From the NCBI GenBank assembly GCA_965223325.1, contig CBDCWI010000001.1, positions 384,001 to 448,000 on the forward strand: a DNA stretch of 64,000 bases, read 5' to 3'. The notes under the pieces are model-generated. The model worked only from the letters and a program-made list of their open reading frames with translations. It did no database searches and was not told the DNA's origin. Of this stretch, positions 59,661-64,000 are shown piece by piece. Within the stretch, counting starts at the first letter, position 1. Each line of letters opens with the position of its first letter. The position numbers were made by a program, and so were the translations under genes. Source of the DNA: Candidatus Multivoradales bacterium (GTDB lineage Bacteria; Acidobacteriota; Thermoanaerobaculia; Multivoradales; Multivoraceae).

Positions 59661-62402
59661 TCAGGCGAATCGGCGCATTCGCCAGAGGGCCATCGCCGAG
59701 AGGAGGAGGATCAACATCAGGAGTCCGGGTGCCGAGAGCGTCGGAATCGCAGCGACGGGCAGGACAACGATCTGGGCCGTAGCCGACGTTCCGTTCACCG
59801 TATAGGTCAAGGTGTGAACGCCGAGGCCGGCGGCTCCGGGGTCGAAGCTGAAAGTGAGTCCATTGCCGTCGTCGGTCACGCCCGGTCCACTGTAGACGCC
59901 GCCAGGCGGCGTCCCTCCGCCCAGGCCGGTTTGTACACCCGCATTGATGGCGAAACCACCTGAGGGCGCCGTGACCGTGACTTCCGCCGTCACCTCGACG
60001 GCGTCGCTGGCGGAGCCCCTGCAGCCGTCAGCGTCGACGAACGAATAGGTCAGGGAGTGAACTCCTAGATCGGCGGCAGCGGGATCGAAGCTGTAGGTCA
60101 TGCCGTTGCCGTCGTCGGTGACGCCCGGGCCGCTGTAGACGCCACCGGCGGGCGAGCCCCCACCGAGACCGCTCTGGACGCCACTACTGACCGCGAGGTC
60201 TGCCAGCGCGGTGAACGTGACGGTGGGCAGCACGAACACCTCGACGGCGTCGTTCGCAGAAACACCGTTGGTATAGGCAAGGGTGTGGACACCGACCCCG
60301 GCCGCCGCGGGGTCGAAGCTGTAGGTCATCCCGTTGCCGTCGTCGGTGACACCGGGGCCGCTGTAGACACCGCCGGTGGGCGAACCTCCACTGAGTCCGG
60401 TCTGGACGCCGGCGTCGACGCAGAGGTCGGCCAACGCCGTGAAGGTGGTTGCCGAAAACACCTGGACGTCGTCAGCGGCGGAGTTGGTACAACCGTTCGC
60501 GTTCGTGAAGGTGTAGGTGAGCGTATGAACGCCGACTCCAGCCGCGGCGGGATCGAAGCTGTAGGTCATCCCGTTGCCGTCGTCGGTGACACCGGGACCG
60601 CTGTAGACACCGCCGACGGCCAGGCCCCCACCAAGACCGCTCTGAACGCCGCTATTGACCGCCAGGTCTGCCAGCGCGGTGAACGTGACGGTGGGCAACG
60701 CAAAGACTTCGACATTGTCGTTCGCAGATCCGCCCCTGGTGTAGGTGAGCGTGTGGACACCGACCCCGGCCGCTGCTGGATCGAAGCTGTAGGTCATGCC
60801 ATTCCCGTCGTCCGTGACGCCCGGACCGCTGTAGGTACCGCCGGTGGGCGAGCCTCCCCCCAGGCCGGCCTGGACGCCGGCGTCAACGCACATGTTGGCC
60901 GGCGCAGTGAAGGTGGTTGCCGCGAGGACTTCAACATCGTCGGTGGCGGAGTTGGTACAACCGTTCGCGTTCGTGAAGGTGTAGGTGAGCGTATGAACGC
61001 CGACTCCAGCCGCGGCGGGATCGAAGCTGTAGGTCATCCCGTTGCCGTCGTCGGTGACACCGGGACCGCTGTAGACACCGCCGACGGCCAGGCCCCCACC
61101 AAGACCGCTCTGAACGCCGCTATTGACCGCCAGGTCTGCCAGCGCGGTGAACGTGACGGTGGGCAACGCAAAGACTTCGACATTGTCGTTCGCAGATCCG
61201 CCCCTGGTGTAGGTGAGCGTGTGGACACCGACCCCGGCCGCCGCTGGGTCGAAGCTGTAGGTCATGCCATTGCCGTCGTCCGTGACGCCCGGACCGCTGT
61301 AGGTACCGCCGGTGGGCGAGCCTCCTCCCAGGCCGGCCTGGACGCCGGCGTCAACGCACATGTTGGCCGGCGCAGTGAAGGTGGTTGCCGCGAGGACTTC
61401 AACATCGTCGGTGGCGGAGTTGGTACAACCGTTCGCGTTCGTGAAGGTGTAGCTGAGCGTATGAACGCCGACCCCAGCCACGGCGGGATCGAAGCTGTAG
61501 GTCATCCCGTTGCCGTCGTCGGTGACACCGGGACCGCTGTAGACACCGCCGACGGCCAGGCCCCCACCAAGACCGCTCTGAACGCCGCTATTGACCGCCA
61601 GGTCTGCCAGCGCGGTGAACGTGACGGTGGGCAACGCAAAGACTTCGACATTGTCGTTCGCAGATCCGCCCCTGGTGTAGGTGAGCGTGTGGACACCGAC
61701 CCCGGCCGCCGCTGGGTCGAAGCTGTAGGTCATGCCATTGCCGTCGTCCGTGACGCCCGGACCGCTGTATGTACCGCCGGTGGGCGAGCCTCCTCCCAGG
61801 CCGGCCTGGACGCCGGCGTCAACGCACATGTTGGCCAGCGCAGTGAAGGTGGTTGCCGCGAGGACTTCAACATCGTCGGTGGCGGAGTTGGTACAACCGT
61901 TCGCGTTCGTGAAGGTGTAGCTGAGCGTATGAACGCCGACCCCAGCCACGGCGGGATCGAAGCTGTAGGTCATCCCGTTGCCGTCGTCGGTGACACCGGG
62001 ACCGCTGTAGACACCGCCGACGGCCAGGCCCCCACCAAGACCGCTCTGAACGCCGCTATTGACCGCCAGGTCTGCCAGCGCGGTGAACGTGACGGTGGGC
62101 AACGCAAAGACTTCGACATTGTCGTTCGCAGATCCGCCCCTGGTGTAGGTGAGCGTGTGGACACCGACCCCGGCCGTCGCGGGGTCGAAGCTGTAGGTCA
62201 TGCCATTGCCATCGTCCGTGACGCCCGGACCGCTGTAGACGCCACCAACCGGAGTACCTTTCTTCAAGCCGACCTGGACACCCGCGTCGATGCACATGTC
62301 GTCCGGCGCGGTGAACATCTGGGCCTGCCCCGGGGTGCTGAGTACGGCCGCGAGAGCGACGATCAAAAATACTTGTGATACAAGTTTTACGACATCAAGC
62401 AA
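59661..62402 (-). CDS. Surface repeat protein (11 Ig-like modules) with IPTL-CTERM sorting signal
   Basis: Signal peptide, 11 copies of GG.YSGPGVTDDGNG.T.SFDP, then AIPTLS, a TM helix and basic tail WRMRRFA. Confidence 0.9.
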   Translation of the reverse strand: MLDVVKLVSQVFLIVALAAVLSTPGQAQMFTAPDDMCIDAGVQVGLKKGTPVGGVYSGPGVTDDGNGMTYSFDPATAGVGVHTLTYTRGGSANDNVEVFALPTVTFTALADLAVNSGVQSGLGGGLAVGGVYSGPGVTDDGNGMTYSFDPAVAGVGVHTLSYTFTNANGCTNSATDDVEVLAATTFTALANMCVDAGVQAGLGGGSPTGGTYSGPGVTDDGNGMTYSFDPAAAGVGVHTLTYTRGGSANDNVEVFALPTVTFTALADLAVNSGVQSGLGGGLAVGGVYSGPGVTDDGNGMTYSFDPAVAGVGVHTLSYTFTNANGCTNSATDDVEVLAATTFTAPANMCVDAGVQAGLGGGSPTGGTYSGPGVTDDGNGMTYSFDPAAAGVGVHTLTYTRGGSANDNVEVFALPTVTFTALADLAVNSGVQSGLGGGLAVGGVYSGPGVTDDGNGMTYSFDPAAAGVGVHTLTYTFTNANGCTNSATDDVEVLAATTFTAPANMCVDAGVQAGLGGGSPTGGTYSGPGVTDDGNGMTYSFDPAAAGVGVHTLTYTRGGSANDNVEVFALPTVTFTALADLAVNSGVQSGLGGGLAVGGVYSGPGVTDDGNGMTYSFDPAAAGVGVHTLTYTFTNANGCTNSAADDVQVFSATTFTALADLCVDAGVQTGLSGGSPTGGVYSGPGVTDDGNGMTYSFDPAAAGVGVHTLAYTNGVSANDAVEVFVLPTVTFTALADLAVSSGVQSGLGGGSPAGGVYSGPGVTDDGNGMTYSFDPAAADLGVHSLTYSFVDADGCRGSASDAVEVTAEVTVTAPSGGFAINAGVQTGLGGGTPPGGVYSGPGVTDDGNGLTFSFDPGAAGLGVHTLTYTVNGTSATAQIVVLPVAAIPTLSAPGLLMLILLLSAMALWRMRRFA
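59790..62310 (-). repeat. Intragenic 468-bp tandem repeats (two-module A/B unit)
   Basis: Identical shadow ORFs recur at 60566, 61034, 61502 and 61970, with a diverged one at 60098. Period 468 bp = 156 aa. Confidence 0.95.
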
Positions 62403-62623
62403 GGTTGAAATCCTCAGTTCAATTTCGCTTTACTCTAGAAAAACCTGTAATAACAAGCAACGCACAGGCCCTCCTCGGCACGCAACGGAGGCCCAGTGAG
62501 ATGGTCGGGGGCGCGCGACGACAATCGAACCATTGATCATCGTTTGCCAGGCCCTGTCCCGACCGAAGGGTCACTGCCTCGGTTGGCACGTCGGGCGAAG
62601 GTCCCGATTCGGGCCGCGCTCGA

Positions 62624-63898
62624 CTAGGCCGCGCGGTTCAACAACTGGCCGACACGGAAATAGTGCAGCCCGCCCCATATGACGACCACAATCATCGCCA
62701 ACAATCCAACCCGCAGGCTGTCGTCGCCATAGGTCGGTTGCGCCAGGTCACTGATCGCTCCGACCGTCGTCGGCCCGGCACCGAGGCCGACGATGTTGAG
62801 AATGAAGAGATTGATCGCCGCGGCGACGGCGCGCATGCGGTTGGTGACCTGCGACTGAATGATCGCAAAGCCAATACCGATGTAGACACCGCCGAAGATC
62901 GCGGGCCCGGCAAACCCGATCGCCGCCCACAGAGGGCTCTCGGCGAGGTAGCAGACGGCCGCAAACGGAACGTAGATGAGAAGCGCGATGCAGATCACCC
63001 AGGCGCGCCAGCCTTCGCCACGCGGCGCGACGCGATCGGCGAGCCAACCGCCCGCAAACGTGCCGATTCCCCCACCCACCCCGATCAGAAGCGCAAGGAT
63101 CGTGCCGGCCTCGCCGCTCGAGAAGCCATGGACACGGATGAAGTAGCTCGGCACCCAGGCGATCGCCGCGTAGCCAGCAAAACTCACTAGCGTGCCGGCG
63201 ATCACCGCATGCCGCAGGATGGGAGATCGCCACATGACTTTTGCGACAGACCGAAAGGGCGGTGCCTCCTCTTCGGCCTGCCCTCCAGGAACGATGCTCC
63301 TCTGGAGGCGCGGTGGCTCACGAATGGTGAAACGCACCAGCAGCGCCAGCAACAGGCCGGGCGCCCCGGCGATAACGAACGCCCAGCGCCAGCTGAACCA
63401 CTCGTTGCCCCAACCACCGATCAAGTAGCCAAGCATGATGCCGAAGTTGACCCCGGTCGCAAAGATCGCCATTGCCGTTCCGCGCCGCTCAGGTGGGAAG
63501 AGATCCGAAATGATCGAATGCGAGGGCGGGTTCGACCCCGCCTCTCCGACACCGACGCCGATGCGCGCCGCCAGCAGGTGCCAGAAGTTACCTGCCGCGC
63601 CGCACAGCGCCGTCATGCCACTCCACAGACCAACTGAGAGCGCAATCAGGTTGCGACGGTTGCGGCGGTCTGCCCACATCGCCATCGGCATGCCAAGGGT
63701 GGCGTAGAAAAGTGCGAACGCAAACCCGGTCAGAAGACCGATCTGGGTGTCCGAGATCTGAAACGCATCTTTGATCGGCTGCGCCAGGATGGCGACGATC
63801 TGCCGGTCGACGTGACTCGAGGTGAAGACCAGAACGAGCAGCACCAACGTCCAGGTGCGCTCACGATCGGTGACCGGAGAGGCCCTGCCCGGCTCCAC
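62624..63898 (-). CDS. MFS transporter (spinster-like)
   Basis: DRQIV.IL..PIK, WADRRNRR, ARIGVGVGEAG..PPSHSIISDLFP...RG.A. About 12 TM helices. Confidence 0.92.
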   Translation of the reverse strand: MEPGRASPVTDRERTWTLVLLVLVFTSSHVDRQIVAILAQPIKDAFQISDTQIGLLTGFAFALFYATLGMPMAMWADRRNRRNLIALSVGLWSGMTALCGAAGNFWHLLAARIGVGVGEAGSNPPSHSIISDLFPPERRGTAMAIFATGVNFGIMLGYLIGGWGNEWFSWRWAFVIAGAPGLLLALLVRFTIREPPRLQRSIVPGGQAEEEAPPFRSVAKVMWRSPILRHAVIAGTLVSFAGYAAIAWVPSYFIRVHGFSSGEAGTILALLIGVGGGIGTFAGGWLADRVAPRGEGWRAWVICIALLIYVPFAAVCYLAESPLWAAIGFAGPAIFGGVYIGIGFAIIQSQVTNRMRAVAAAINLFILNIVGLGAGPTTVGAISDLAQPTYGDDSLRVGLLAMIVVVIWGGLHYFRVGQLLNRAA

Positions 63899-63999
63899 TA
63901 GCCCTCCGCACGCAGCGCGAACGCGATCAACTGGGCCGGCTGCCCCGCACCGCCGGCGGCCAGCACCACGTACTGCTTGCCGTCGTGCATGTAGGTCAT
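63898..63999 (-). CDS. C-terminus of a PQQ-dependent dehydrogenase-like protein (truncated by window edge)
   Basis: Minus strand reads MTYMHDGKQYVVLAAGG...LIAFAL then stop, the typical quinoprotein C-terminal motif. Confidence 0.8.
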   Translation of the reverse strand: MTYMHDGKQYVVLAAGGAGQPAQLIAFALRAEG

Positions 64000-64000
64000 C

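Noticed and set aside
60285-62378. 697-aa + strand repetitive ORF
   Set aside because: Antisense shadow of the IPTL-CTERM gene, which has the signal peptide and sorting tail.
62456-62471. Possible sigma54 box upstream of the IPTL-CTERM gene (minus strand GGGCCT-N5-TTGCT)
   Set aside because: GG-N10-GC spacing holds, but the -24 element is a poor match. Too weak to call.

Overview
This is a gene-dense, GC-rich bacterial window. It most resembles Acidobacteriota (probably Thermoanaerobaculia-like), judged from the ADOP-type permease, acidobacterial VWA proteins, GspG-like pilin and DUF1501/PSD1 pair. Contents in order: a beta-oxidation operon, a sigma54-preceded ynb-like lipid cluster, a MoxR/DUF58/VWA operon with secreted beta-propellers, two heme-c/PHM-like copper monooxygenase paralogs around a ROK kinase, BolA plus a Grx-ATC-rhodanese fusion, a sigma54-preceded pilin, M14 and M2 peptidases, and an 11-module IPTL-CTERM surface protein. 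The most striking unexplained feature is non-coding. Two tandem arrays of long repeats (248-bp units at 31949-32560; about 360-bp units at 37528-38923) are distant homologs on opposite strands. Each begins exactly at the TAG stop of the upstream gene, with a 17-18-bp perfect inverted repeat enclosing about 80 nt. The arm sequence differs between the arrays but stays perfectly paired, suggesting an undescribed REPIN-like or structured-RNA element. No tRNA, rRNA, CRISPR array, integrase or transposase was recognised. All calls are by eye; no searches were run.
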